A stretch of 64,000 bases of DNA from Octopus vulgaris (lineage: Eukaryota). Under the pieces are notes generated by a model that saw only the letters and a list, made by a program, of their open reading frames with translations, was not told the origin of the DNA and made no database searches. Positions 40,179-55,272 of the stretch are shown one piece after another. A program made the translations under genes and the position numbers. The stretch's first letter is position 1. Each line of letters opens with the position of its first letter. The DNA lies in assembly GCA_951406725.2 (NCBI GenBank), contig OX597820.1:76322001-76386000 (forward strand), read 5' to 3'.

Positions 40179-41143
40179 TATATATATATATATTCCTGCA
40201 GACACGCAGCTAAATTTAAAATGTCGGCTAGCAATATACCATATGGATAGTGTATATTTTTGATTCTTGGACTAGTTTTCAAATCACAGTGTTGGATTTA
40301 TTTCTTGTTATACATGATTTATTTCGCATCGCAAAGTTATTGTATAAATTTCGACATATTTCTTAAGAAAAACCTTCGACTGTTATATGCAAATATTATT
40401 TTCTCTTTTAAGATTCTACTTTTATTTTATTTTATTGTATTTTATAAACCCATTTTAATCGTTTAATTTATATATAATTCGATATAGGCTGTTCTATTTT
40501 GCATGTCTTTTATCCGAATTTTATTGTGCATTCAGCAATTTTTTAAATGTTGTTTGTATATATACTTGAGGACCTAGACATGTTTTTGATTGGATGTTTG
40601 TATTGTTGGCATGTATATGTATTCGTATGTATGCGCATATGTGTAAGTAAGCGTGTATGTTTATACTTGTGCATATACATACATGGATGCATATGTATGC
40701 ATGTATTCATTTGGATTTGTGTGGATGTGTATTTACGTACTTATTTCCATATATTAATATATGTGTTCTTATATGTGTATTTATTGCTAATATACACTTT
40801 TATATACACATTTATACGTAATTTTATTTTGTGTACGTTCGTTACGCATATTCAGCCTCCTATCTTTCTTTCTTTTTAATGTATTAATGGAATTAATCGA
40901 ATTATATTTCGTATATAATTATTTACAATACGCATTTTGAATCCGCTCTTCGATTTAAGGTTTCTCCTCGATTTTTATAATAGGGTGAATTTACATTGAA
41001 TTCATTTATTTTGTTTATTTTGTTTATTGCATGCTTAAGACCGTTATTTGAAAGACCAATGAAAGAAATCCATTTTTAAAGGTGTATCCTTTAACTAGTT
41101 TCGTTATTTTTCTGCTGCTTTTACACACACACACGCACACACA

Positions 41144-41221
<78 letters not shown>

Positions 41222-41473
41222 CGCGTATGTGTGTGAGTGTGTATTTATATGTCTCTGTTTCTGTGTTTGTCTCCTACCTTAGCGTGATAACTGGTGTTGG
41301 TGTTTTCACGTCCCCCTAACGTAGCGATACGACAAAAGAAACCAACAGAATAAGTACTAGGCTTAAAAAATGTCCTGTGGCCGATTTTTGGGACTTGAAA
41401 TCCCTTCAAGGCGGTGTCAAAACGTGGCTACAATCCAATGACAGAAACAAGTAAAAGATAAAACACTGTGTGT

Positions 41474-41506
<33 letters not shown>

Positions 41507-41628
41507 ACTGAAGCGAACACAGGCATTGACCGAAGTGATGTATGAGTCTGTTATTATTTTGCTGCAGAGTATCAAATGTCTGTTGGCGCTAAACTTGAAA
41601 TTATGATACCAGATTAACTGACATACCT

Positions 41629-41860
41629 ATTCTTTACTACCCACAAGAGGCTAAACATAGAGGGGGACAAACACGGACAGACAAACGGATTAAGTCGATT
41701 ATATCGACCCCAGTGCATAACTAGTACTTAATTTATCGATCCAGAAAGGATGAAATGCAAAGTCGACCTCGGCGGAATTTGAACGCAGGACGTAACAGCA
41801 GACGAAGTACGGCTACGCATTTCGCCCGGCGTGCTAACGTTTCTGCCATCTCGCCGCCTT
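41629..41860 (-). mobile_element. Family B SINE with TSD
   Basis: AACTGACATACCT duplicated at 41616-41628 and 41861-41873. Confidence 0.9.
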
Positions 41861-42479
41861 AACTGACATACCTTTTTGCAATTTTGCGGAGGTAAGACGC
41901 AATCCTTATTCAATTAGGGTTTTTTTCCAACCATGCCTGTGAAAATCTAGTGAAAATTTTTGTGGTTTGGTAGCATTTGACTCCTAGTTTTAGCAAAACT
42001 GGCCCTTAAAAAGACGCCCTTGTTATATATAATTCTTTTATATGTTTCTATTAATTTTGCCTATATAGTTCTAGCTTGCGGTCACAAACATTAATATCTG
42101 TCATGAGTATTAATGTTCTTTATATATTTTCATAAGATATATATATGTGCGTATGTGTATATATATACACATATATATTTTAAACGCAAATGATTTAACT
42201 GTGAGCTAATATAAATTCCATATTTCGGATATTCGGATATCGCAGTAGTCAGACGAATTTGTCTAGAGTACCGTGTACTATCGAACAATCATTCAGGTGT
42301 GTTTGATCCTGGGTAACTGTAACCGATACACTATACAATCTCTCGTCCGACTATTGTTTTGTCAGGAGCACGAAACTTGTAGTCGCTCACATTTTAATCT
42401 TGTGTAACTTAATTAACATTCACTCAAGCTGGATGTCGTACACATTTATTATTCACCACAACAATGACAGAACAGTATA

Positions 42480-42565
<86 letters not shown>

Positions 42566-42716
42566 CTCTTTCTCTCTCTTTCTATATATATATATGTGTG
42601 TGTATATATGTATATACATATATATGTATGAATGTATGTATGTATGTATGTATGTATGATTGTGTGTATGTATGTATGTATGTATGTATGTATGTATGTA
42701 TGTATGTATGTATGTA

Positions 42717-44007
42717 CGAGGGACGTTCAATAAGTAATGCCTCTGACCCACTTGGAGTTGTTTGATCCAGCTGAAATTTTGCATGTGCAATCATTTATAT
42801 CTCTATAGAGTAAGTGGCAAATTACAGCTCTGAATTAATTGTGGTTTCTGATTTACAGGTGTTTGAACCGAGTCAAGTGTGAAATGGAGCCTGTTGAGTG
42901 TCGACCAGTGATCCGGTTTTTGTATTTGAAAGGACGCACACCACGGGAGACTTTTAATGAAATGAAAGTAACTTATGGTGATGATGCCCCATCATATGAC
43001 CTTGTAAAACGCTGGCATCGTGAATTCAAACATGGTCGGAACTCTGTGGAAACAGCTCCCAGATCTGGTCGCCCCTTCTGCCATTGATGAGGACGTCTGT
43101 CCGTCAAGTTGAGGCTGCCATTTTGGAAGATCGACGCATAATTATTCGCCAAATAGCCCATGAGGTCAAGATTAGTACCGGGTCTGAGGAAACTATCATT
43201 CATGACCATTTGCATATGCAAAAGGTGTCTGCCAGATGGATTCCCAGGTTGCTCACGTCTTTCCAGAAGCAAGAACGCGTCGAGTGCTCGAGGGTGAATT
43301 TGGAGATGTGCCAAGAAGATGAGTCAAAATTTTTCAAAAGACTGATTACACAGGATGAAACCTGGGTCCATCACGATGATCCAGAGACCAAAGTCCAGTC
43401 AATGCAGTGGAAGCACCGTGACTCACCCCCTCCAAAGAATGCAAGGGTGCAGCCCTCCGCTGGCAAGGTCATGCTCACAGTCTTCTGGGACCAGGACGGA
43501 GTAGTGATGACAGATTTCCTGGCAAAGGGTACCACAATTGCAGGAGCCTATTATGCTTCACTTTTGAGAAAATTAAGAGAAGTTATCAAAATGAAGAGGC
43601 GGGGCAAGTTCAGCAAAGGCATCCTCCTCCTGCAGGACAACACTCCGGTCCACAACTCGCTTGTCGCCAGATCAGAAGCACAGGCGTATGGCTATGAACT
43701 CCTCCCCCATCCCCCTACTTTCCTGACCTTGCACCCTCTGATTTTCACCTCTTCCCAGTCATGAAGTTGATTTTGAAAGGAAAGCGTTTCCCAGATGATG
43801 CAGCCTTGATTTCTGAAGTCACGTTCAGGTTGGAGGACCAAGCTGGGGTCTTCTAGAAAAACGGTCTCCAGAGCTGCATCAAACAATGGGAGAAATGCGT
43901 AACTCTGGGTGGTTGCTATGTAGAAAAGGACTAATAACTGTGCCAAGTTTCGTTGCTCTACTGCTATGGGAAGTGGGTCAGAGGCATTACTTATTGAACG
44001 CCCCTCG
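42717..44007 (+). mobile_element. Full-length mariner (DD34D, irritans/Hsmar2-like)
   Basis: TIRs CGAGGG(A/G)CGTTCAATAAGTAATGCCTCTGACCCACTT, TA TSD, inserted in (TATG)n. Confidence 0.95.
42884..43934 (+). pseudogene. Frameshifted mariner transposase
   Basis: RSGRP, WIPRLL, TQDETWVH, QDN, HPP..PDLAPSDF and YVEKD* motifs spread over three frames, plus an internal stop. Confidence 0.9.
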
Positions 44008-44033
44008 TATGTATGCATGTATGTATGTATGTA

Positions 44034-45392
44034 TTCCAGCCGATCACACTCACTCATATCATCGAGATATTTGAGAGGATGGTGAGATCACGGATAATCC
44101 ACTTTCTTGAAAGCGACAGATTACTGAACCCCAACCAACACGGGTTCCGTAGTGGAAGAAACTACCTAACGCAGCTCTTTGATGACATTTTGAGAGCTTT
44201 GGAGAGGACTCGAATACTGATGTCATCTACCTTGATTTCAGTCAGGCCTTTGACAAGGTGGATCATAAGATGCTCTTGAAAAAAAAAAACTATCCAACGT
44301 TGGTGTTCCTGGAAAGTTACAACGTGGATCAAGTGTTTCCTGACAGGCAGAACCCAAAACGTTGTAGTCGAAGGAGTAAAATCAAGCTCAGCCAAAGTCA
44401 GTAGTGGTGTTCCACAAGGCATTGTGTTGGACCCACTTCTTTTCATCATCTACATCAATGACAATACTGGCATCATCAAGCACAGCAACATAAGAATCTT
44501 TGCAGATGATTCCAAGATCCAGAAGCTCATCAATGAAGTGGGTGACAGGGCATGCCTTCAGTCAGATCTACTGGGTGTCATCCAATGGGCGGAAAAGAAT
44601 ATCATGCTGCTGAACGAGGATAAATTTGAGTTAATCCACTTCGGAAAAGAGGATACCCTGAAACGCCCATACTCCCTTCCTACAGGTGAAATTCTCATGG
44701 CATCCAACAACATCAGTGTCTTGGGAGTTATTGTGGACAACAACATAAGCTAGGCCGCTCATATAAACTGCAAAGTTAAAATGGCGCGCAGAATGTGTTT
44801 CTGGAATCTCAGAACTTTCCAGTCGAGAGTTATCCACACCATTATCCTTCCCATCTCTACTTTTGCCCGACCCCACCTTGAATACACGAAATAATCTATC
44901 ATGAAAATTGAAGCACCTCAAAGGTCAATTACAAAGGAGATAGATAGCATGACAGGCCTGACTATTGGGGTCGACTAGAAAAGCTCAAGCTTTATTCTTT
45001 CCAAAGCCCCCATGTGCAGTACATCATCTGCATGATGTGGAAAATGTTTCAACAGCACTGCGCAATTGATGTTGGCATCGCCTTTAAGATATACCCAAGA
45101 CTTGAACCCTGTGCTATCCGCCCACAGCATAAATCATACTCGCATCACATAACAATACGGCTGAATTATTTCACCTTAAGTGGCCCCGCTCTCTTTAACA
45201 ATACACCAAAAGCACATTAAAGGAGAAACAGAACTTAAATGAATCCCGGATAAACCTCCTACACCCAGATATGTCTCCGTAAACAACAATTCTCTCCTCG
45301 ACTGGGCCATGTTGTCCGATTCCTGATTTGAATGACTTTGCTATTAAGTTAGACATGGCCTAGGACAATAATGGCCGAAACCTATCAAAGTA
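44034..45392 (+). mobile_element. 5'-truncated CR1-group LINE (RT domain to 3' end), degraded
   Basis: QHGFRSGR, DFSQAFDKVDH, GVPQG.VL.PLLFIIYIND, FADD, RLEKLKLYS, GPALFN; many frameshifts. Confidence 0.9.
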
Positions 45393-45456
45393 TATATACA
45401 CACACACATACATACATACATACATACATACATACATACACACACACACACGCATA

Positions 45457-45489
<33 letters not shown>

Positions 45490-45490
45490 G

Positions 45491-45531
<41 letters not shown>

Positions 45532-45627
45532 ATCCAACCATGAAAACAAAAAGAGAGAACACAACAATGCGAGAACTTGGAACAAGTATAGTATAATTCG
45601 ACGGTCAGGAAAGAGGGAAAGTAGGAG

Positions 45628-45663
45628 GTTTTACCGATTCGAGCGGAGCTCTTCGTCAGAAAC
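45628..45663 (-). ncRNA. Minimal type-I hammerhead (C3-G8), A15.1 mutated
   Basis: GTTT-CTGACGA-A-GAGC(tcc)GCTC-GAAT-CGG-TA-AAAC; stems I and II are perfect. Confidence 0.6.
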
Positions 45664-47134
45664 ATAGGAAAATGAAAGGTCCAAAGAAGGGAAGACGGAG
45701 GAAAAAATCGCCAACGGGACACACGCGGTCACAAACATGAATATGCGCGCGCACACACACACACACACACACACGTGTACACATATATACATATATATAT
45801 ATATATATATATTTACATTCATGTGTGTGTACTAACTTAAGCAGGCAGACATACTCATCTATATATATATGAAATCAAATTTGTAAACAATACACCATTG
45901 TACTGATTTTTTTCTTACATTTGGGGAGGTGAACTATTTTTTTTCGAAAATAAGATTATTTTGAATTTTTTTCGTTTTCGTATTGCACTGACTTGAAAGG
46001 CATGTATTGAACCTGTAGAGATTTTTTTTTCATCTGTGACCCACATGCATGAATAACTGGATTAAAATATACATACTTCAATTGTTAGGTACAGGAGCAT
46101 AGACACTGACATATATATGCGGGAATTTCTATGTATTTTTGTTCATAAACTTTAAAAAAATACATAAAATAGAGAACTGTATATTTATTCTTATCACGGC
46201 ATTGTTCCTAAGCGTTTAGCGTCGAATGCCAGTCATGCAAATTGAGTTATTTGCGAAAAAGGAGAACGGAATTTATAAAGGAAAGCTTACGATCAAAACA
46301 AACTTGGGGGAAAATATTTCAAAATTTGATGTTAGTGCATTAGAAAAATATTTATATAATGTGGAATAAAGAGTATTTTTTAAGATATAGGGCGCATACG
46401 TGTCTGTGTGGTTGAAAAGCTTGCTTTCCAATCGTATGGTTTCGGATTCAGTTCCAATGTGCGGCATCTTGTAGTATTCTACTAAAGCAGCGTCAGGCCG
46501 ACCATAGCCTTTTGCGTGGGTTTGTTGGAGAAAAACTGAAAGAGACCCGTAGTGAATACCTGCATACACACACACGCACACACACGCACGCACCCACACA
46601 AACACACACACACACACACAAGCATACACATTTACTGAAACACGGACGCAGACACACGCATAGATGTATATACATACATATATATATACATATATAAATA
46701 CATATATAGATATATATATGTATGCATGTATATATATATATGCACACACACACGCACACACACACACACACACATACATACACATATATATAACAAAATT
46801 AATTGGGTGGCTTATTAGCTATTTAAACCTAAAGGCAGAATTAATAGAGGTTACAAAAGAGACGGAGGGTATTGACTTTGCCTTCCGGTTCAATTAAATA
46901 ACATATTTGCACACACACACACAGACGCACAAATGCATATGCATATATCGTGACACTCCGTCGGTTGCGACGACGAGGGTTTCACTTAATCGGATCAACG
47001 GAACAGAATGCTCGTGAAATTAACGTGCAAGTAGCTGAGCACTCCACAGACACGTGTACTGGTTGTACTTCTCAGGGAGATTCAGAGTGACACATAGAGA
47101 AACAGGCAGACTGTTTATTTATATATCTATCTAT

Positions 47135-47206
<72 letters not shown>

Positions 47207-47278
47207 CCGGCAGACTGACAGACATACATGTAGATAGATAGATAGATAGATTGATTGATAGACAGACAGACAGACAGG

Positions 47279-47357
<79 letters not shown>

Positions 47358-48396
47358 ACATACAGATAGCTGCCCTCATAAAATATATGTATAAAATCAT
47401 TCTTCGATATGTGTGTTAGAATGCAAAAATGAAGCGTTTAAATTTCCAACAAATTTAACTTTAATGAATGTTAGAAATTAGAATTGATAATTGTCTTTCG
47501 CATCGCCAGAAAACAAACAAAAAGTAAATCAACTTGAATAATGATTAAACAGCAATCGTCATAAACCCCTTTCATCGCTACCATCACCAACACCGCCAGC
47601 ACCAGCACCAGCACTGTAACTAATATTATCTTTATGATCATCACCATCACCGTCTCTACTTCGCGTATCTACATTGTCGTCTTCTTTAATCTGCACCACA
47701 ATGCATATGACTGCAAAAATGTAACAAAACAGAAAAATTTAAACAAATGCAGATGTGTAAAAAATGGAGGAAGGTATTGTAGAAAATGCAGGTTCATACA
47801 AGCATATAATATATGTCCTTAAGTATATGCAGTTGTGTTTATAACCTTGAGCGTATGTCTACTCTATTACATGCAAAATTATTCAGTCACATTTTTCTGA
47901 TAACGAAACAATGGCTCCTTTTCTGCTCGAAGGAAAAATGTTGAATGATAAATGAATAAATAAATAAATGATGTATTAAAATGAAGTGATTAATTAATTA
48001 AGTAACTAATTACCCATGCAATGATAGTAATAGTTATATTAATTTGAATTAGATTTCTTCGAATTGTGTTTGATCTCACGGAAGTAGAACATTCTAGCCA
48101 AGTTTAAAAGTTAATTAAAGAATGTTTTTTAAGAAAAAAACAAAGAAGAAATCATTCTTAATTTTAATAGAAGCTGAAGACGGTATGGACATAACCAAAT
48201 AAATTGCCAGAATGAATTTTTATGCTACTTTAATTGCCATTTGATATGTCCAGGACTCAAATTCGGAATTTCTGCTTCATCATTATGAGTGCGGTTGTCA
48301 ACAAATATATAGCAGTTTTGTATTGGGGTTAATAGATCGTAAATATAATCATTTATTTTCTGCTTTTGTTAGAAATCTTGTCACCGGGGTGCTATG

Positions 48397-48620
48397 AAGG
48401 CGGTGAGCTGGCAGGACCGTTAGCACGCCGGACCAAAAACTTAGAAGCATTTCGACAGTCTTTACGTTCTGGGTTCAAATTCCGCCGAGATCGACTTTAC
48501 CTTTCATCCCCTTCAGGCTCGAGGAACAGAGTACCACTTGAAAACTAGGGTCGATATAATTAACTAGAGAGACCCCTCTCCCACAAAACTTTCAGGCCTG
48601 GTGCCTAATCTAGAAAGGAT
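48397..48620 (+). mobile_element. Family B SINE, diverged
   Basis: GGCGGTGAGCTGGCAG..GGTTCAAATTCCGCCGAG..CCTTTCATCC. Confidence 0.75.
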
Positions 48621-49779
48621 TACTGAATTGACAGAATAGTTAGAGCCTTGTATTTGTTCCGACGCTTTACATTTTCAGAGGAAATATGTTTGATCGATCC
48701 GGAAAAGATAAAATAAAGTAAAAGTCGAGCATTGAGATTCGATGTCAGCGACTAACCTCCTCCTATTCTAATTTGTGGCTGTCTGGCTACGTTAAATATA
48801 GCAACAGATTAGTAAAACCGTCAGACCAAAGAAGGTATTTACACACACACACAAACACACACATAAGCACACATACATACATACATACACATATATATAT
48901 ATATTGGTGGCATTCCGTCGGTTGCGACGACAAAGGTTTCAGTTGAACCGACCAACGGAACAGCCTGCTCGTGAAATTAACATGCAAGTGGCTGAGCACT
49001 CCACAGACACGTGTACTCTTAACGTAGTTCTTGGGGGATATGCAGTGTGACAGAGAAACAGGAAGAAAGAGTGAGAGGAAGTTGTGGTGAAAGAGTACAG
49101 CGCAGTATACTCTGTGAGCGAGGTCGAGTTGCTATCATCTCTAGCCAGCGATCGTCCTGGACCGAGAAAGGGAAATTTCCCAGAAACCATTGGTCCGCAC
49201 GTATCGCTAAGGCTGGACGGAGAGCATTAGATCACTTGTTCACAGTATGTGTGTGTCTGTACAGAGATCTTCCTTTAAGTTATTATACTATATCGGAGAA
49301 TATCTACGAGCCATGCTACTTAAGCCATTATCATTATATACAGAGGTATTTTACACAGATACCTGAACACTGAAACCGTATGAAGCAAGAAGAATGGCAA
49401 GTGTTTTGTCCGATGCGCTATCGATTCTGCACTCTGATACTTGTATTTACCGGTACTGAAGAGTTAAAACGCAAAGTTGAGATTACTGAGAATTGAACCC
49501 TCCATGAAGACAACCTAAAATATACTACACACTAATGTCGTAACAATTGCGTCAAATCGCAATTTCTGAGTGGTTCTCTTTGTCAATCGGGAAAGGATGA
49601 AAATGAAATGTGAATTCGCTAAAATTTGATCTCAGAATGCTAAGAAGAAATAAACTCTATTCAATGCACACCTTTCGCCTTTTATCATTTATTTCTTTCA
49701 GACATTGGACTGCGTCCATACTGGGTTACTGTAGAACAATACGCCACCAGTATATATGTCTTTTTTTCCCTTAAGTCTG

Positions 49780-51010
49780 GTGTGTGGTAATTTTTGTTTC
49801 TCTATAATTTTTGTTTCAGAAAATAATAATGGCGAACACTAAGCTTACTCGAGAAGTGAATAGGCATGCTGTAAATGCGAGTAAAAAGGCTGAGCATAGC
49901 GATTTAGAAATATCTCGATTTTTAAAAATGGTCAGCTCGTTCGTCCACAAAGTTTGTAAGGAGCTAGAGAGTGAAGAGGGAAAGATATCACCAGCATCAA
50001 AGCATAAATAGCATTCTAAACGCGCTGAAATCATCAGAACGCCTGAATTTATCCAGCAAGTTCAACAGACAATTGATTACATTCGCAGAAATCCCATGAG
50101 GTCAGTTGCAAAAGATCTCCATGTCTCAGAAGGAACATTCAGAAATGATGTCCACGAAGGCATCAGATATAAGACGTATTTGATGAGGTAGAGGTCAATA
50201 TGTCAGAAAAAGCAAAAGAAAATGACTACATCAGATCTAAAAGGTTCTTAAACAAACTGAAACATCCAGCGGATGAATATTTGATATGTTTTTTTTTTTC
50301 AAGCGAGAAAAACTTCGACCAAGATCAAAAAGTTAACACAAGATATGACAGATGATTATGTGCAGACCATTTTGAAGTTCCAAGTTTTATGCATACAAAT
50401 TTTCCTGCAACTGTGATGGTTTTAGGGGTTGTCATCAATGAAGGATATATGATTCCTTAATTCTCTCCACAATGTCTAAATCTTAACTCTGCCTCCTACA
50501 TTGAGGTCCTGCAAGTAATTTTCAAACCCTGGATAGACAGAGTATGCAATGGAAGGCTATATGTGTTTCAGTAAGACTCTGCACTACCACACATGGCTCT
50601 TGTAACACAGAAATGGATGACTGAAACCCTTCATGATCACATAACCCCTATCATTTGGTCGCCTAATTCCCCGGATCTCAATCCACTGGACTATTACATG
50701 TGGAGCGTTGTTGAGAGAGACGTCAATGAACACGCTCACAACACCAAAGATTCTCTGAAAGCTGCCATGTCCAAAATTTATGTCCAAAAATGATGTCCAA
50801 AATTAATCAGGACCTCTTGAATCGAGCATGTAAATGATTTACATCTCATATAGGAGCAGTTGTAGAATTTGAAGGCGGCTTTATTGAATGACATTATAGA
50901 AAAGTTTTATTTTTAACATCATAACATTTTTTGATTAATAAAGTTATCTGTTATCATGTACCTATTTTTTTATAAACATAAATATGTATTCAAATATCTT
51001 ACACACCCTG
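49780..51010 (+). mobile_element. maT (DD37D) Tc1/mariner transposon, degraded
   Basis: ATG at 49829; SSEKNF, VMVLGVV, FQ*DSALPH...(37 aa)...WSPNSPDLNPLDY; right TIR TCTTACACACCCTG followed by TA; left TIR missing. Confidence 0.85.
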
Positions 51011-51031
51011 TATATATATACATACATATAT

Positions 51032-51073
<42 letters not shown>

Positions 51074-51109
51074 CATATTTGTATATATATCTATATCTAT
51101 ATCTATCTA

Positions 51110-51169
<60 letters not shown>

Positions 51170-51189
51170 CATATATATGCATGAATGTA

Positions 51190-51704
51190 TGTATATATTT
51201 GTGTGTCTGTGTTTGCTCCCCCACCATCGCTTGAGTAACGACGTTCGTATATTTACGTTTCTGTAAATTAGCGGTTCGGCAAAAGAGACCGAGAGAGTAA
51301 GTAGTAGGCTTACAAAGAATAAGTACTGGGGTCGATTTGTTTGACTAAAGGCGGTGCTCGAGCATGGCCACAATCAAATGACTGAAACCAATAAAAGAGT
51401 AAACTGCTAAGTTACGGGTCCCGTCAGAAAAAAAAAAAACTAGCGACAGTTGCGAGAAGACAAACACAAATATACATTCATAAATAGACATATACCACAG
51501 GAGGTGGTTGTGTGGTAGGTTGTCTGCTTTCCAACCATAGGGTTCTTGGTTCAGTTCAAGTGCCTGGCTCTTTGGACAAGTGTCTTTTACTATAACCTCG
51601 GGCCGACCAAAGCCTTGTGAGTGGATTTGGCAGTCGAAGACTGAAAGAAGCTAGTCGTAAATACATATATACATGTGTGTGTGTGTGTGTATGTGTGTGC
51701 GCGC

Positions 51705-51745
<41 letters not shown>

Positions 51746-51935
51746 TATGGCCCTCACTGTCGCTTGACAATCGATATCGGTGTGTTTATGTCTCCGTAAC
51801 CTAGCGGTTCGGCAAAAGTGCTCGATAGAATAAGTACTAGGCTTATAGATAATAATTGCAGGGAGTCGATTTGTTCGACTAAAGGCGGTGCTCCAGCAGG
51901 GCTACAGCCAAATTACTGAAACAAGTAAAAGAAAA
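51190..51935 (+). mobile_element. Family A SINEs (3' half 51190-51400; full copy 51497-51935)
   Basis: Family motifs; further partial copies at 39900-40050, 41250-41460, 46391-46552 and 52241-52400. Confidence 0.8.
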
Positions 51936-52866
51936 TGCATACAAATATATATTTAAACACATACACGCACACATACAGACAAACGTATATACACATCTAT
52001 ATGTATAGAGTGTTTGAAGTCTTGTACAAACATAGTATATTAAGGAAATGGAGGCAGTCACAAATTTGGATAATTCTTTATTAGCTCTTTCGTTCGTTTA
52101 ACCGAACTCTACGAGAGAAATTAAAAGTGTGGAGGAGTTGCGATAAACGAACGAAAGTGCTAATAAAAAAATTATCCAGAATTCTGATTGCCTCTTTTTT
52201 CTTAATACACACGCAGGTACACACAAATATACATATATACAACGAGCCTTCCACACAGTTTCCCCTTAACCAAATTCAATCACAAGGTGTTTGCCGAAGT
52301 AGGGGTATAGTAGAAGATACCAAAGATGCTGCGCCATGAGATCGAAACGGAAACAATGGGGGTTGCAAATCGAATTTCTTAAGCACACAATCGGGCATGC
52401 GAGGCGAGCTTAGTAAGTTTTACTCATTCCCAGATACGAGATGATATGAACTGAAAGTCCGTGTAGTCAAAATACCATGCAAAACGCTTAGCTACTCTTT
52501 CTGTGTTTGAGAATACAATAGAGAAAACGAAACATATGGCGCGGAAATTGTGCTTCCTTTATTTCTTATTCAGCTCTTCTTATGTGTAGAACAACTGTGG
52601 AGTTATGTAGAAGTCTGTCACCGGGAAAACGGATGGGAGGGCCATATTTTCATTGTCGGTATTTTAACAACAAACTCAGCTTTCAGTTACAAGACATTGA
52701 CAGGGAGAACCGCTCCGCGGGAGATTGTTGTTTTCAGTTCCTCTGTTCTTCTTTAGTGTCAGCTTACCAATGTTTTTAATATTATTTTTTTTTTTATCTC
52801 CTTATCTTTTTGATCGTTCAGAATAGCTGTTCTGTAAATTTACTTGAAGAAAGGACTATTGTATTT

Positions 52867-52978
<112 letters not shown>

Positions 52979-53062
52979 GTATATCTATCTATATATGTGC
53001 GTGTATGTATATATGTTTGTGTGTGTGTGTATGCATAGACGCGCGGTGCGCGCACACACACA

Positions 53063-53108
<46 letters not shown>

Positions 53109-53418
53109 TACAAACATTTATATACTCTTATCTGCCTGCCTCTATGTATATTTATGTATATGTAGCTTATTCTCTGGGTATGAATATAACTTCCTCTTGC
53201 ACTCTTTGCTTCTTTGTAGATACCACACTCGCACGTGCACCCGCACACACGCACACACACGCACACAACACACACATACACGTAAATATACTTCCGTACA
53301 CATTTAAGTATACATGTATATATGTTATTTTGTGTACGTGAGTATATGCAATCATGGATATATATACATACATGTGCATACAAACATATAGATATACATG
53401 TATATAATAATATAAATA

Positions 53419-53463
<45 letters not shown>

Positions 53464-53483
53464 CATGTATATATATATATATG

Positions 53484-53572
<89 letters not shown>

Positions 53573-53813
53573 ATATACATATGTATATATTGGTGCAGGA
53601 TGTCACCAGCAGTAAACAACATGAAATACGTAAATAAGAGAGTTTAAAACGCAAAGAATGAGAGAAACAAATGGAAAACAGGACAAGTAACATAAAGAAC
53701 AACCCTTTAGCAGTTGTCGGCTGTATATCTACTCCTCATTTCGAGCATTGAACGACTATATATATATATATATATATATACATAGCTATTTGCATATGTA
53801 TGTATGTATATTG

Positions 53814-53859
<46 letters not shown>

Positions 53860-54039
53860 ATGTGTTTGTGTGTTTGTAAGGCAAAAATGGTCTTAGTAAA
53901 ATAACTTAGAGTTGTCAATGGCATACATTTGAATGATGACATATAAAGTTATAGTAAATAACATATAAAATAAATTCTTGCTTGACTGAAATTCTCTCTG
54001 TTTCTAGAGATATTAGAGTGCTTACTAGACTGCTGCTCC

Positions 54040-54538
54040 ATATACTAAAGGAAGAGAATTAGGTTAAATCAAGTGATCCTGGGGGGGCCAAAATCCCTTC
54101 GAAATAATCCGTTCACCGAAAAAGTCTTGAATTTAGCGCCATGGTGATGCGCGAAGTATGCGCTCTGGCTCCATCTTGCTGAAAGTATGCATTATTAATT
54201 TCCCTTTAAGGCGGCGAGCTGGCAGAACCGTTAGCACGCCGGGCGAAATGCTTAGCGGTATTTCGTCTGCCGTTACGTTCTGAGTTCAAATTCCGCCGAG
54301 GTCGACTTTGCCTTTCATCCTTTCGGGGTCGATAAGTTAAGTACCAGTTATGCACTGGGGTCGATATAATCGATTTAATCCGTTTGTCTGTCCTTGTTTG
54401 TCCCCTCTGTGTTTAGCCCCTTGTGGGTAGTAAAGAAATAATTATTAATTTCCCTTTCAGCTGACACACGACCGCCCACGCATTGATAGCCAAGTTGCGC
54501 ATGCGCAGGGTGAGAAAATTTACTTGCGGAACACCCTG
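54040..54538 (-). mobile_element. rosa/Tc3-like deletion derivative carrying a SINE insertion
   Basis: Homologous to 55273-55803; ends in CACCCTG followed by TA. Confidence 0.7.
54208..54440 (+). mobile_element. Young full-length family B SINE
   Basis: 17-bp TSD ATTATTAATTTCCCTTT at 54191-54207 and 54441-54457; CpGs intact. Confidence 0.95.
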
Positions 54539-54966
54539 TACTTAAAAAGAGTTAAGAATTTTCAAAATATTGACATTCGGATGCAAGAAAACAAGAACCC
54601 AACTGGACACCCTACATACATACATACATACATACATACATACATACATACATACATACATACATACATACATACATGCATGCATATATAGGCAGGAAAC
54701 TCTAGTTGTCGCCCATCCTCTGCGTTCTCTGTTTTAACAAATTTTGCTAGGGTTTATACTGTTATTTAAAAGCGCAAAGAAATAAATTGGACAGTGAAGT
54801 GATTTCATGTTCAGACTGACATATCATGCACCACACACTTAAACGCTACACGTTACCATGTTCGGCGTGTTTCACAACTCGTTAGGAGACATGATATCGT
54901 AAATAGATCTATGAGTTAATGGTAAGTTTATCGGCCACTCGGCTGAGTGCGACAGAACTGCTAGAT

Positions 54967-55136
54967 CAGTGGTTCTCAACCAGGGTTCATATGGCCCCTG
55001 AATGTCCATGTAGGGTTTTGAGGCGTCCACGCAAGAAAATAGTAAATTGGAGACCTACAATAGTATATTAAGGGCCGGTGAATGAAATAGGAATCAACGG
55101 GGTCCAGAGATTAAAAGAAATGATTGAGAACGCCTG
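54967..55136. mobile_element. hAT-Charlie-like MITE
   Basis: Termini CAGTGGTTCTCAACC ... GATTGAGAACGCCTG; left flank CTAGAT fits the Charlie target preference. Confidence 0.65.
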
Positions 55137-55272
55137 ACAATGATAAGCACAGCAATTTTCTAAGACGTCGATCGACAGGCAAGAAGTAACAGCCACATAC
55201 GTTCCTTGTCATATTCTATTATTTACAAAATGCAAGAGTGTACTTGGATACTGTAATCCTACAAACATCATT

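Noticed and set aside
42345-42392. CGAC ... GAAACTTGTA-GTCG hammerhead half
   Set aside because: Stems I and III are plausible but there is no NUGANNA core or stem II.
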